A DNA stretch of 64,000 nucleotides from Felis catus (lineage: Eukaryota): assembly GCF_018350175.1 (NCBI RefSeq), contig NC_058385.1, forward strand, positions 60,016,001 to 60,080,000, in the 5' to 3' direction. Shown here in pieces: positions 24,400 through 38,554 of this stretch. Numbering within the stretch: position 1 is the first letter of the stretch; each line of letters opens with the position of its first letter. The position numbers and the translations under genes were made by a program. A model generated the notes under the pieces. It worked only from the letters and a program-made list of their open reading frames with translations. It did no database searches and was not told the origin of the DNA.

Positions 24400-26900
24400 T
24401 ATCCTTTCACCACCAGACCTTTTAGATCCTTTGATATTCTTGTTTTCCATTCTGGGTCAGTTATCCATTTGCACAGTCTTTGTGGTAGCTGAACCCCTTC
24501 ATCTTGAACTCAAGCATACAGCTCTCTGACCACCACCCATTTTAATTTTAGTGTAAGTCTCTGGCACCTTGAATCCAATAACCCCACAGAGACTTTCTGA
24601 TCTAGCAACTCTATAGCTTTTTCATTGTCTTTTATTCCTCCCCCATGATCTCCCCTTCCTTCTTAGATGGCTCAAATCTCCTGATCCAATATTATAAATA
24701 CTCCCTTGTCATACTCCCAACTTCTTGAACTTCTCCCTCTTAGTCAAAATTTCTGGGGAAAACTCTCAACCTTGATTAAATCTAACCATCCTCCTACCCA
24801 ATTCTTAAATCCAAACTGTAGAATATGGCTGGAAAGACACAATCCCATTGACTATTCTCACTTTAAATTCATGATTGTCAGTTGCAGAATTCTTGAGACT
24901 TATCATGTTATTTAAGCGGTTCATAATGTTACCTGCAACCCTACTATACATTCCTGTAATACAATAACCCTTCTAGTTATATCCAAGACTACTTCACCCT
25001 ACTCTCTTTTCAAACTCCCTATAGCCTCTCTCTACTTTCCATTATTAGTTGATGGATTTTTCATTATTAGCTGATGAATGCGCTGATGAATTCTTATTTC
25101 ATGAAGAATTATTTCAAGCTTCTACATGATTCTCCAAGAAATAAAAAATCAAATATACCCACATCTCTCTCCATTTATTTTGCCTCCTTTTTCAACTCTC
25201 TGTGCTTATTTTTTTTTTAATTTAAGGCCAATTCTTGTGCCTTGAATCTCCTCCATTTTTGACTTCTCAAGGATTATGTTCCTGCAGTTACCCTATAGCT
25301 AATGCCTCATTGCTTTTTTCCTTTTTTTCTACAACACGCATATAAAAATGTTACACTATCTCCCATCTTGTAAAAATCCTAATTCTTCATCTCTCTCCAT
25401 TTTTGTGGTCCTTGCAGAGGTAAAACTTTTTGAACGGGTTGTCTGAACTCAATATCATTTCACTTGCTTTTCTATCACAATTTATTAAATTTAATCTAGT
25501 TAGGCTTTTGTCCTAACTTAAATAGTTCTTCTCAGGGACACTGTTGATAAAGCCAATGTTTCTCCATCCCTGTACTAATTGATCTCTCAGCAATAGTTGA
25601 CACAGTTAACTGAGCCTTCATTCCTGAAACATTTTCTTTGCTTAGATTTTAGCATTTTCAACTTTCATTGCTCTTCATCTCATAGTCCCTCCTTCTCAGC
25701 CATATGAGAAGGATCGGGATCTTTCTTATTACTTCAACCTTTAAATGCTGGAGTATCTAAATGCTCAGTCCTTATCTTATCCAGTTCTATGGATTTAAAT
25801 ACCAGAACTTTCAAATTAACTACCCCAGTCCCGACTTGTATATTGAACTACCTAGCCTACATTTTTACGTGGATGGCTACATATCTCTACTTAATATGTA
25901 CAAAACTGAAGATCTGATTCTCATCCCCAACCTGCTCCCACCATGTTGTAACTCCATCTCAGTAAATGAAAAATCCATTTTTCCAAATATCTCAGACCAA
26001 AAATTATCTATTTAACACACATTTATTGAGCACTTACTATGTGTCAGGCACTGTTCTATGTGTTGAAACGTATCAGTGAACAAAACAGGTGAAGTCTTTT
26101 CCTTTGAAGTACTTATATTTTAGCAGCAATAATAGACTTCATATTTGCCTTCCCCCCCCCCCCACCCTCCACCCCATGTCATCCTACATCTGAATCCATC
26201 AGCAAATCCTTTTGGTTTTCTCTTTCAGGCATGTGTATTCCAACCACTTCTCTAAATTCCATTCTCACCACTGCAACCCAGGCTACCACCATTGCCCAGG
26301 TGGACTAATTATTAATCTAACTTGTTTCCTTGCTTTGGTCCTTGTCCCTCTACAATGTCATCTCTCTAATCAAGAAAATTCTTTTGAAATAAAAGTTACA
26401 AACATTTTTTCTGTTCAAAGCCCTCCTAATTTTTTCATTTCACTCCAAGCAAAATGTAAACTTCTTAACTTGACTTACATGTTCAACATGATCTGCCCTC
26501 TGTTTTCTTTCTGAACTTCTCCCCTATTTTTATCGCCCTGGTACATTCTGCATTCTCCACACTGACCTCCTTGCTCATCCCTGGATATGTCAAAAATGTT
26601 CTTTTCCCAAGGTCTTTGAACTTCCTTTCATTACTTTTCTTGGAATGCTCCTTCATTTCATTCAGGTCTCTGCCCAAATGTTACCTTATCAAAAATAATT
26701 TCCCTGAACCCCTATATAAAACAATATTGACCCACGTCACTCTCTTCCTTATCCTTCTTTACTTTTCTTCATCAACTTATCATCACCTGATATATGGTAC
26801 AACTATCTGTTAATTACCTATGTTTTAGAATGTGAACCTCACAAGAGCAGGACTCAGTGCATTCCCAGAGCCTGGAGTATATGCACATATTTTGTGGTTA
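24400..26900 (+). mobile_element. Long decayed L2, with an antisense L2 3' end inserted at ~26010-26130
   Basis: L2 motifs gatctctcagcaatagttgacacagtt, aatccatcagcaaatcct, ttggaatgctc, tagaatgtgaacctc. Confidence 0.7.
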
Positions 26901-27944
26901 ATTAATAATTGTCAAAATATTTATTGAACAGCCAGTCAAAGTTGGCTCTCCTTGCTTACTTCCAAAAAAAAAAAAAAAACTTTAAAATTTTATTTCCTTA
27001 GCATTCAAGATTTCCTTTGATGCCCCCAAAAGTCTACTCTTTCTCAGTCTGTTTCTCTGAGCATATATATGAACCCATAGTTATTTTTAAAAATTCTTTA
27101 TATTTGATTTTCTATAAGGAATTTCGGTTCCTTTGCTCAGCCTTGCCTAACACTAACTCTTACTCAAGTGCACCGGATTGAATCTTATGTAACAAAAACA
27201 CTGCTAAATCTTCCCATACTGTTGAGTAGACACTGCTACCTTCCTTGGACTGCACTTAGGCTATCTATAGTTCATTTAATCATTAATTTTTCTGAAATCC
27301 CTGGAGCTTGTTAATTGTTCTTATTTTTCCTGAATTCTCCCCAAAATGGTGATCCCTCCCTCACTGCTGACCACATCTCTCAGTTCTTCACTCTCTTCCC
27401 AGCGAAAATAAATTTTCACTTACATGTCTGAAGGAAATTAAGGTAGAAATTTCTTTTTAAAAAAGAGATAAATACTAGAATAATTTTAAACAACTGGAAT
27501 ATTTTTTCCTCCTCTCTTCTGTTTGGACTCTGATACTTCCTCTTTTTGCTGCCTTTTTTTTTTTAAAGTTAGAACCTTTTGTATACACAAACTGTAGGTT
27601 AAATATATAGTAAAGAAAATAGAACTGTATGCTAGTTCAATATAGATATGCTATACACAACTCTGGCAATAGATAGTACTGTAGTGGCATACTAACCCAA
27701 TCTCCTTCTTGTTGTACATATATATATATATTTATAGCAGAACACTCATGTATTCATTCATTTCATTCACTAAATATTTAGTCATACGTTCTTCAGGGTT
27801 AGGTGGAAGCCTGAGACCGAGATGAGATTTAACTATTTTATTCCATCCTTGAGGCTGCAATATGCATTTTTCCCTTGCAATATACTGCTATCACTTTGAT
27901 ATCTTTTCAAAAGGGATAGGTGATACTAGCTAGAATACCAAAGT

Positions 27945-28095
27945 ATTAGAGCTAGATGGAATCTTGAAGATTATATAGCTCAGTATTTTTATTTAAAGAT
28001 GATAAAATTAAGTCCCGGAAAGCTTAAGTTACCTGCTTATGATCATATAGACATTTATTGATGCAGCTGAATCCTAACCCAGGCTTCCTGATTTT
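27945..28095 (-). mobile_element. MIR (MIR3/MIRc-like)
   Basis: ttagagctagatggaatcttgaagatt...aacccaggcttcctga. Confidence 0.65.
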
Positions 28096-28849
28096 ATATC
28101 AGTTTTATACTAGCCATTATCATTAATCACAGATCTGGAACTGATTCAGGATATTGCCAAAAGAAAATCTGGATGCTTTGAAATGAGATTTGAAAATACC
28201 GCATTTGACTTTTTGGGAGAGGTAGAATTGTTTTAGGGCTTAGTAAGATAGTCTATGGTTCGTGTAACAACTCAGCTAGAACTAAACTCACATCTCCAGT
28301 TTCTTATTAGGGTAAACGTGTCATGTTAATGTCACTATGAATTTAATAGTGAAATATATTTGAGTTAAAGTAATTTTCTGTTAGCCTGGCTATCTTGTAA
28401 GGAGTATTTTAGATTCTTGATTCAATCGCCTCTTTAACGTGGATTGCCTAGAGCTACTGAAAAACTGGTTTAATTCCTTTTTCTAAAGGTCATGTAAACA
28501 TGTATGCTTAGTGAATTACATGCAAATTCAATTCCCTGAGCTCAGTGCTTCCTAGTTAAGTTCCTTTCCTATTCTTCACATGTAAGCCCACATCTGACAG
28601 CAGAATATTGACTTTTGAGCTATGGTAAAAATCACCATAAAACAAAAACATTTGACATCTGCTGCATGAAACAGACTTATAAGGAATCGGGTAGTCAGAA
28701 GTGTCCTTTATTAAAATGTTTTTAGTATTATTTTTCTCTCTTTATGAAGTATTTGCATGACTTTTTTTTTGTCCCCCTTTTAGAAGAATAGATCTAATTT
28801 ACCACTTGATATTAAAATAAATAAGGCAGGTTTAGATACAAATGGGGAT

Positions 28850-30130
28850 TAAAAATATGATGTGGTAGAATATTCAATAAAATGCACAAGTACATCATGT
28901 TATAGAAAGTTAAAAAAAGGTCTACAAAACATTTTTACACATTATGATTCCATTTTTGTTTATGGATATAAAATGAATAGAGGTCAAAACATTAATAATG
29001 GTTATCTTTGGAAGGTGAGAGGCTGGTATTTTGTAGTGTTATTCATGCTTTTCTCTATCTTTCTAAATTTTCTACAGGGAATATGTATTATTCTTTGACC
29101 ATAAAAAAGAAATTATTTAAACATAAGACTTAGCTAACCTTTATATTATTGGAAATCTGAAATAATGTCCCAGTATGTACTGTAGAACCAATCTTGTTTC
29201 ATTTAAAAGCAGAAGAATACTATATATGAATAAAGCCCAAGAAATAACAATTAATGTCTTTTTCAACATCATGACAATTCTGAAAACAAATGGCTATTAT
29301 AAGCTAAATTCTAATTGTTATGGTATTTGTTCACTATTTTTGAGCAAAATTTGCATAATAAAATAAAATGATCTTTATTTTTGATAGAAGGAAAATAAAA
29401 AATCTTGATTAAAAACTTAAAAGAAACACTTTAAGAAAAGCTGATCCTTAAAAAAAATTCAAATACATCACTAGAATGATGTAAAAAAAAATGTTTAAAG
29501 CATTTGAAATATCATTGCTCTTAAAAATCAAGAGTTTTAATTTGCTCTGTTATGAACTGACTTATCCATATGACATTTTCTCTCTTTTGGATTATTTCCT
29601 TGTGATAAATTCCAGAAAAAACCAGTTTAAAGAATATAAACATATTTATGGCTTTTGAAACATAAAGTAATATATATCTTTTTCCTGCGTGCATTGTTCA
29701 GTTTAAGCTTGCCAATAGCAAAGACTAAATGAATGCATACTACTTTACAAACATGCACATTCACATGAGGTTATAATGTTACTTTAAAATTTTATTAATT
29801 TAATGATATGAAAGGGGAACGTATTTTTTTCAGTTTACATTCTTTTAATAACCAGTGAGTTTCAGCATTTTCCCATATGTTTGTTTACTAATTATCAACT
29901 GTCTCTTCATCTTTTTTTCTTTTTTTACCATATTAGTGACTTGATGTTTTCTTATGAATTTTTATGAGCTCTTACCAATGAATTAACCCTGTCCTACAAG
30001 TATTTTCTTGATGTATTTTTATTTTATACCTTTTTTTCTATAATGTAAAATTTTATACTTCTTACAATTGAACTTGCTAATATTATTCTTTGTTACTTTT
30101 CCTACTCCTTTAGAATTTAAAGCATTACCA
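28850..30130. mobile_element. Very old L1ME-type 3' fragments (plus ~28850-29120; minus ~29550-30130)
   Basis: aatggttatctttggaaggtg; tttacattcttttaataaccagtgag; heavily decayed. Confidence 0.45.
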
Positions 30131-31739
30131 TGCTTCCACATAACCATCAAATATGCTTCTTTTACATTGATCAGTGGAAATACAGATATGGTATGGTTCT
30201 GTTTAAATAAATTTTGAAACTATATTCATGATTCCATTTCATTCCTCAAAAGACAGATTCGAGTCCACAATATGCTCATGGGGAGAAAAAGAAGAGATAT
30301 TACAACAATATTACATATTACATGGTAAAACTTAAGTATTATAGTAGATATTCCTGTTCTTACCCCCAGATTCCCTTCCTATATGTCAAAAACCCCTCGT
30401 TTCTCCTCCTCTCCTGTTTTTCTTTTCTTTTTCACGGTCTCTGAAATACTTTCTATTTTCTGAAACAATTCAGTCCTTGCCCCAGTTTTGCTTGCCTAGT
30501 CTGAGTTAAGACAACAAAAGCTTTACATTTAAATTAACTTGATTCCTTAAAACTCAATAAGTAGCTATTACTGCTTTCTCTTGCTCTTAGGATTTTGCCT
30601 CTTACCCAATGTAGCTAACCAACAAAAAAAATGGCCATTTCTTAGGGGAAAATTCAACTACTAAGAAAAAGAATTTTTTCCTTTGACTCTTATACTGATA
30701 TTTTCATTATAGTATTTTTAAAAATTCAACCTTTTTTTCTCAGCTGTAATTTATTTTTATAAAACTGATGTAGCTAAATGAATTGTCTTTAAAATGCTAA
30801 CTGGTTTAGAAATATTTACTAAATACACATTAACTGGTTAACTAATTCATGTTTATTGACTAGCTAGACAAGGTCTTAGAAGTCTATTTTTTACAAATTT
30901 AGAGAAGGAAAGAAGCATAGAAGTAACTCACTGTAATAAAATACAACCAATCCTGTAATAGAAATAAATTCAAAATGTTATAGAAAACCCTGAAGTTTTA
31001 TAACAGAAATTGGAGGACATAGGAAAATTCATAAGGTGACACACTGAAGGCAAAGAGAAGTGGGACAAGAAAAGAAAGTGGGCATACATGTCAAGCTACA
31101 GGGATAAACATGGGGAACAACACATGGATTCTCAGTATACCACCTCATTCTTTCAAGAAAGCAAAACTCACTGCACAAATCAAGAAGAATTCCAACTTGA
31201 AGTACTTTCATTATTAGGGATTGTCCCTCCTGAAACTTGGGCAAGGATAATACGCTTCTGTATTAATGTTTAGTTAATAAACTAATACTAAAATTTGATA
31301 CGACTATCATGATAGTGATGATGCTGGTAGCATGGAGGTAGTTTGGCTTTTCCCCCAAAACAAAACCCACAAAGCAGAATCATTGCTGAGGCATTGCTAC
31401 AGAGAACAACTAGTGTTTGACCATCAATGTAACTTACACATTTTTGATAGCAACTCTGAGGATTGTATTCTTTTGAATGGTTTTGTTGTAGGCTCCTCGT
31501 ATCTTATTTTCAATTTAAAAACATTAATAACTGAAACACAACTAGGATTTATATTTCAAAGAATATATTATGATGTGTTTCTCTACTCTAAGTCATGTGG
31601 ATCAATCAGAGACTTAGAATTTATGAAATATTCTATACTCAGAATAACAAAAAAGGCTGACAAAATATACTGTGTTCTGAAATATGCAGAGGCCCACAGA
31701 GTATTTTTTTAGAGCACATATTTTTCTCTAGCAAGCACA

Positions 31740-32035
31740 CACAAAAAGACTAAATTTTATTTGGAAATTGGCATAACAAGTTATAAATTATTTTTTGTTT
31801 GCAGACATATACATACAGATCTGCATTTGTGATTATTTGGTGAATTTAAGAAACTACCTACATGGAATCAAAAGTCATACACTTCGTGGAATTGTTCAGG
31901 CCTATTCATAAAGACTTATTTCCCTGGACTATCTTTAAAAACATATGTGTATGAGTGTGTCTTTTCTCATACTTCACTTTTCTTATATATTGTGACACAG
32001 TAAGGCAATAAAAGAACCAAAGCAAAATGATCTAT
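31740..32035 (-). other. Candidate 3'-terminal exon of an unidentified minus-strand transcript
   Basis: ~30-nt pyrimidine tract plus TGTAG acceptor (AG at 32037-32036); AATAAA at 31761-31756 followed by U/GU-rich sequence; second AATAAA at 30857-30852. Confidence 0.4.
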
Positions 32036-34452
32036 CTACAAGGAGAAAAAAAACGTAAAAAAGAAAAAAAATAATTTTTAATCATTTTTTTATACAAGCA
32101 ATTGTTTCCTCATGCTATTATGAGAGAATATTTATTTTCCTTCTCTTTACCTTTTTTTCATTTAAACTCAAAGTGGCCGGCAAAAGACACAGAGCACCAA
32201 TGGAATAACAAATATAGCTAGTTTACAAAAAGTAAAAATCATTTGTCTAGTGAGTTTGAAAATATGGAAAACAGCCATCCTATTGTCCTCTAATTCATTA
32301 TGTGGAGTCATGTGCTCTCAGTGGAAGAAAAATGGCTCAAGCAGAGACTTATCGGAAAGATCTAAAATACGATTTTGAAACTCGTCTGGAAATGCAGTAC
32401 GTTTTATGCAACCAAATACAAAGCAATTCATGCATTTATAAATCCATGGAAAGCACAGCAGGTCCAGAAGGCACCAGTTACTAGTGGTGTCTAGACAGGA
32501 GAAACTATGACCTCAGTTAGAGCAACCCAATATTTACTTTTCCCTCCCAACACGCAGTGTACCTCATGATCTCAGTATGCAGGGTAACTGAGAGAGGGGC
32601 GAAAAACAAATTCTGAAGTCGGCGGCAATCTTCAAACACAGTGAGGGTGCAGACACCCCAGAATTGAGGAAAATTTTCATGAGGAGAACTACTGAGTCTG
32701 TACATAAAAATATTTCTGTTGGAAAAGCCATCTTTCCTCTATTCATCATGCGGAAAAGGTGCATATCAAAGTCAATTTACTTCCCCGCCAATGAGTGAAT
32801 TAACGAATGTTTCATACCGTCAAGGGTCTGATACATCTCTAAATATGTCTCGTGTTAGTGCTGTAGATCTAACGTGTGATTTTTCTCTTGGAATTTCTCG
32901 TATCATAGGTGAGTGTTCTCAGAAGATCAGGGTATTTTACATTTGACCTGAATTTGACAGTCTGTGGCGGCATCCAACCAAGCAGTTAATCATTTTGATT
33001 AAGAAATAATAGTAAATTACCTCTCCCCTCCCTTTTTATTTATCACCTTAAAATCAGGATGCTTGGAGCTATACAGTTTCTGTATAGACTTAAGTGATCT
33101 CAAAAACAAATAGGCGTTTTCTAAAACTCCATTTTAATGTGTTTTAGCATCTTAGCACAATTCCAAAGTGTGGCATTTGTTTGCACAAAACACAGTATTG
33201 TGGACATCCTTTCTAGCCATGCCGTCCTCTATCACAGGTTCTGCCAAGCCCGCCTTCCTCTGGCTTAAGCCTGGGGCATTTCACGCCAGGACCTGAACTA
33301 TTTAATAACACAGGGGCTACCTGCAAATTTTGTATATCTCACCAGATTTGTGTAACTCTTTAGGTCACAAACATATACCCCATCATGGTGCTTAAGAGAC
33401 ATTTGAAAAAAAATACAATAATAATAAAAAAAGAATTAGAGAAACCCCATTCCCTTCCAACTAATCAATAAACCAACCAAATAAAGTGAAATCGATGTTT
33501 AGGAATTACTAGCAAGACAATAACTTTATTTCTTTCCACACAAACATCATGTGTATAAGGGAGGGGGGATGCAAAGATATGAATATTTTCCTCATATAAG
33601 AGGACAGGAAACTGAGGTGGGATTGTGAGGTCCAAAAGTCAAGCAAGAAAGGGAGAGGAAGCAATTCTTCCCTGTGGCCATGCTGGAGAAGGAAATGGTG
33701 AGGACGAAAACTGGAGAGCCTTGAGGGGTAGCTGTTTTCTCCGAGTATCAATTGATTATATTTGAATATGTACAGCCAAATAATGGCTGAAACACAGCCA
33801 AATAATGTTTAGGATGCTCATTGTCCTGTTTGTCTTGGTCCACAATCTCTAAGGCCATTCTTGAATGAAAAGAGGAATGGCTCAACAATTTCCTTTGGAT
33901 GGTCAGAGCTGTTATCTGGGGTTCGGTTTTGGAAAGCTAGCATGAACAGAAGCTGAAAATATTAGTATGGGGTTGTGGGGGCAAGGAGGGGTACTCTGTG
34001 GATTTATAGATCGGGACCACAGGAAGTATTGCTGTCCCCCTGTCTTTCTTCACAACTGATGAGGCCCAGAGGGAAACTGTGATCTCCTGACAGCCAAGCT
34101 TCTGTCAAACAGGAATAAAAAATGAGGACATGTGTCCAAGTCACATAACTCACAAAGAGTAAACAGGGCTGTAACATTTGACATTTTCTCTGTTTCTCAG
34201 GCGAGCACCAGTCAGATCATGAACGACAGGCAAATCACCCGGCTATAGTCTCTTTACGTGGTGGGGATAAGAACTACTGATTCTGCCTGACCTCTGCCAT
34301 TGCACTGCCTCCAATAGCGACTGGTCAGAAGATTTACAATTGAGGCCTAGAAGAATCTGCAGGTGTTTCCACTGATGCCCATTCCCCCAGAGAACAAGTT
34401 TGGTGTCTTTATCCCCCCCCCCCCCCACACCCCAAACTCAAATGTTCTTTCT

Positions 34453-34670
34453 TTTTTTTTTATTTTTTATTTTTTTAATGTTTATTTATTTTTGAGAGAG
34501 AGAGAGAGGTGGGGGAGGGGCAAAGAGAGAGGGAGACACAGAATCCGAAGCAGGCTCCAGGCTCTGAGCTGTCAGCACAGAGCCCGATGCAGGGCTCAAA
34601 CCGACGAACTGCTAGATCATGACCTAAGCTGAGGTTTAGCGCTTACCCAACTGAGTCACCCAGGCACCCC
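34453..34670 (-). mobile_element. CAN-SINE (SINEC_Fc)
   Basis: TSD TCAAATGTTCTTTCT / TCAAATGTTATTTCT. Confidence 0.95.
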
Positions 34671-34869
34671 TCAAATGTTATTTCTGATCTTATTAAGGGT
34701 TACTTGAATAATCTGAACTATATATATATATTTTTTTTTCTCAGAACGCATATCTTTGATTTTCTTAGATTTAGGATAAATTAAAGGCTTGGTTTTATAA
34801 AGATATTTCAATCCAGCTTTGCCACAGATAAAAATATTCATGTTATGTCTTAATAAATCCTAAGGCTCA

Positions 34870-35030
34870 CAGGAGTGAAGAGCACAGCTTTGAGGTCAGA
34901 TAAATCATGGCCTAAATCTCAAGTCTCCTTTTTCAGGTGACTGACTTTACTTACCTACCTGAACCTCAAATTTATCTTTTGTAAAATAGATACTAATGCA
35001 CATAAAAGCATTTAATACAGGGCCTTGTGT
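34870..35030 (+). mobile_element. MIR
   Basis: aagagcacagctttgaggtcaga...ttacttacctacctgaacctc...tgtaaaatag. Confidence 0.7.
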
Positions 35031-36789
35031 ATTATATTTTAAAACTTATTTTGTATACTTGTTTACTCTTGTGGGATTTCTGTGTGGTTAGAATGAGGCT
35101 GATGTTTTTAAACTGTGTGCTAAGAAAGAGAATGCTGTGGTGTGAGGGGGTTTGAGGGAGATTGGAGAGTGTTGGAACTATCCAGTGAAGGCAGATTTTA
35201 TTTAAATTATGCCAGTTATCATGTGGATAAATACAGGCCCAGAGTTGCCAGATTTATTCAATATTCATGTTTCATGCACTGAACAAGTCTTAAAGGAGGT
35301 GAGGGTGAGGCATCTGTGGGTGGAGGTTTCCAATTTTAAAATGAAAAGAGAAATCTGGACTCTCATGTGAAATCTTCTAATTAAAATTTTTTTTTTACAA
35401 AACATGCCAACAGACCACATTTATACATCAGATAGCCAGTTTGTGACTTCTGTAAAAGCCAACCTATCATTCGTTTATTATTCATTTTCAATGCAAAAAT
35501 GTCAATTCTGCATTTTGTAGCTACTTTAACCCCAACAGCCCACTCTCCGCCCCCTTTCACGTCTTCCTTTCTGCTGGTGAACATTAGATACAGCAGATTC
35601 TCATGCCTTTGCCTTTTTGCTGGAGCCCTGATGGCACATGTTTATCACTTCAAATCTGAATGATGATCCTGCCTCTGTTGTAGCCAGTACTTAGATTTTC
35701 ATACCAAGGTTTGGGCACTACTTTGCGGAAGGCAGAAATTCGGGTGTATGTTGTGTACTGCCTCCTGGGTTTTATTTTTTCTGGAATTATTATAGGTATA
35801 ATTGCCTTGGTTATTTACACAGTGAACTTTACTGATTATTTTCATTATCACTGAATATTATCTATTTGGATACTTAGTAAAAAGGGACAAGCAAAATGCC
35901 TCCAGCTTGCTGGGTTGTGGTTTTCTTTCATTGGGTTGTTACTAAATGTACTGATGGATCTAATTATCCTGATGCCATCAGTTCTCTATATTATGAGTTT
36001 TGTTTATTGTTCTAAGGCCTTTATGTTATATCAGCAGATTGTATCCAAACTCTACTGGCATATTATTGTCTCTGAATCAGTTGGGTAGTTATGCCTTGAA
36101 AATTTATACCACTTAAAAAAAGAAAAGGAGTCCATATGGTTTTTTCTAGCTCCACTAGCTTTAATTGGATCAAAAATGGAAATGTTTATCATACTCATCT
36201 CAGAAGATGATTGATGGCACTCATGTTAATACAGGTTATATTCCATTACAGTAATTCTCTTGCCAAAATAAATTTCTATATAAGAAAAATTATTTTCAGG
36301 CCCCAGCATATAACTATACTTCAAGGAATCTCTATTCACTCATTAGGGAAGGAATCAAGGAAGATTTCACATTTGAAGGGGGTCTTGACGGATTAAAGGA
36401 CTGATAAAATTTGGGCTTTGGAATGGAAGGGAGAAAGGATATTGTAGGTGGAAGTAACATGTCAAGAAACACATCAAATACAAAAAAAAAATCACAACAT
36501 TAAAAGATTTATAAAAATCTTTTTTGTTTGCTAAGTTCCAGCATAAAATGTCCTTTGAGAGACACTCACAGACACTTCCAAGATCCCTACTTCCAGGCAG
36601 AATTAATTAGCCCTCCCCCCTGATTAGAGTTTCTATCTCCATATCTTCCTTATAGTACTCCTACCATCCTATAATTGATTACATGCTTGTCTCTAAGCAT
36701 GTACCAGAGGATAAGCAGCTTATATCCTACCTCTCAATTCAAGAATACCAGCAGTAGTATAATTTCAAACTGTATTAAATTTCTGCTCT

Positions 36790-37020
36790 GTGCCATGCGT
36801 TGTGCTAAGTAGTTTACATACATCTGTGCTAGATAACCCTTGCTGTTATTCTATGTTATGAAGAGCACTATAGCTTTCTCCATTTCACAAGTGAGGTAAA
36901 TGAGTACTAATGGGGTCAAGATACTTGCCCTGGGTTCCATTAGTGAGCCACAGAGCTGGGTTGCAATGTAAGCATGTATGACTCCAAAGAACATAATCTT
37001 ATCCACCGTGGTGCTTTGCT
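36790..37020 (-). mobile_element. MIR
   Basis: tgtgcc...tgtgctaag...ttctccatttcacaagtgaggtaaatgag...tgactccaaag. Confidence 0.75.
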
Positions 37021-37518
37021 TCCTATTCCTTAGCACAGTGCCTACTACATTCTAAGCACTCAAGAACCATGAGATGAATAAGGATCAAGAAGTGCATGAT
37101 AGACAGTATTTCAAGTATATAACAAAGAAGTATGAAAAAACCTGTATGACTTCCATGTGGTTAAAAAAAAAAAAAAATCTGTGCATCAGTGAAGAACCTT
37201 CATAGTGTTGGCAAAATAAACAACCTCTTGGAGTTTTCAAAATGGGATTTGCCCTGCATGTGTTTAAAGTAGAAAGTCCTCAGGGCATCTCTGCAAATGT
37301 GCATCCGCCCAGACTTGAAAGGCAAGTCCCTTCAACCCTTCTCATGTAGGACCTAGACCTACTACCGAGGCACCACATCCACCTTTCTAAACAATTTCAT
37401 CAGCAGCATCCCTGGGCCTCATTTAATCTTAAAAACTAAGAAGGAGCCCTTATAACCACTTTCTGGAACACAGCCCAGCTCCCAACAGTGCCTGCTGCAA
37501 CAGGTCCCTGTGACTTAC

Positions 37519-37560
37519 ACACGTGCTCAGGATGGATGACAGCAGGGATCCCAAGCACTG
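37519..37560 (-). other. Candidate 42-nt exon (39 nt with the NAGNAG acceptor)
   Basis: Long pyrimidine tract with a CTCAC branch-like motif, ...CCTACAG|CAG, donor GT|GTAAGT; frame-preserving length; non-repetitive context. Confidence 0.4.
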
Positions 37561-38114
37561 CTGTAGGGGGTGTTGAAGTGAGGAAAGCAGAGGCAGGGTG
37601 GGCAGAAGAAACAAGTTAATGGACAAGTTGGGGCCAGACAAAGGTGAGTAGGACACAGCAAGGAAACCACAGCACCACCAGTAGCAACAGTGGTGGCGGC
37701 AGACTAATCTGTTGTAGGTTTTACTGTCAAGAAGGTTTGGCAGAACTTCCATAGCTAGAGGAGGGATTTCAAAGGTGGAGCCAGAACACTAGAGGTCACA
37801 ATGACCTGTTCCATGAATACAGTCTGAGGCTGTTTCTGCACAGCCTAGCAACTGAGAAGTCAGCTTTGCTTAACAACTTTGAAGCGGGCTCACCAAGCCA
37901 ATCTATTATATGTTTAGGTGCTCACCACTGGTAAGCAGGTGAGCGTATGCACTATCTTTTGTAACACAACCATCAGGAATGGGAAAATGAGTCATTCACT
38001 TCCTAAATTTGTAACTTATCCATCAAAACGAATACAATGATTGGCAAATTTGCCTAAATGAGCAATCCAGTGGTTGCTGCCTGTTTCTTCTTCTAGTTAA
38101 ATATTTTATTTTCT

Positions 38115-38278
38115 GGGGCACCTGGGTGGTTCAGTCAGTTGAGTGTCTGACTTTGGCTTAGGTCATGATCTCAAGGTTTGTGGGTTTGAACCCTGCATGG
38201 GGCTCTGTGCTGACAGTTTGGAACCTGGAACCTGCTTCCCATTCTGTGTCTCCCTCTCTCTCTGCCCCTCCCCTGCTT

Positions 38279-38321
<43 letters not shown>

Positions 38322-38345
38322 AATAAATAAATAAACATTAAAAAA
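38115..38345 (+). mobile_element. CAN-SINE (SINEC_Fc)
   Basis: Full length with long (CT)n. Confidence 0.95.
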
Positions 38346-38554
38346 TTTATATCTTCTTTCCCCATTGTACGTTCTGTACTATTGATAACACCAGGTATAT
38401 TGTCAAAGCATTGACTGTCTTTTTAACATGTCAATAGATCTTAAGTTCTCCTGAATCAAAATTTCCTAAGAATACATTATAATGGGGTCATATCATGCAT
38501 TCAACTTAATCTTAATCTTACAACTTATGATGGAATTAAAAATGTATGTATTTA

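Noticed and set aside
34201-34248. Plus-strand terminal exon ASTSQIMNDRQITRL* with a PDZ-like TRL end
   Set aside because: No upstream coding exon in the matching phase found and the peptide is not recognised; kept only as the acceptor in the antisense hypothesis
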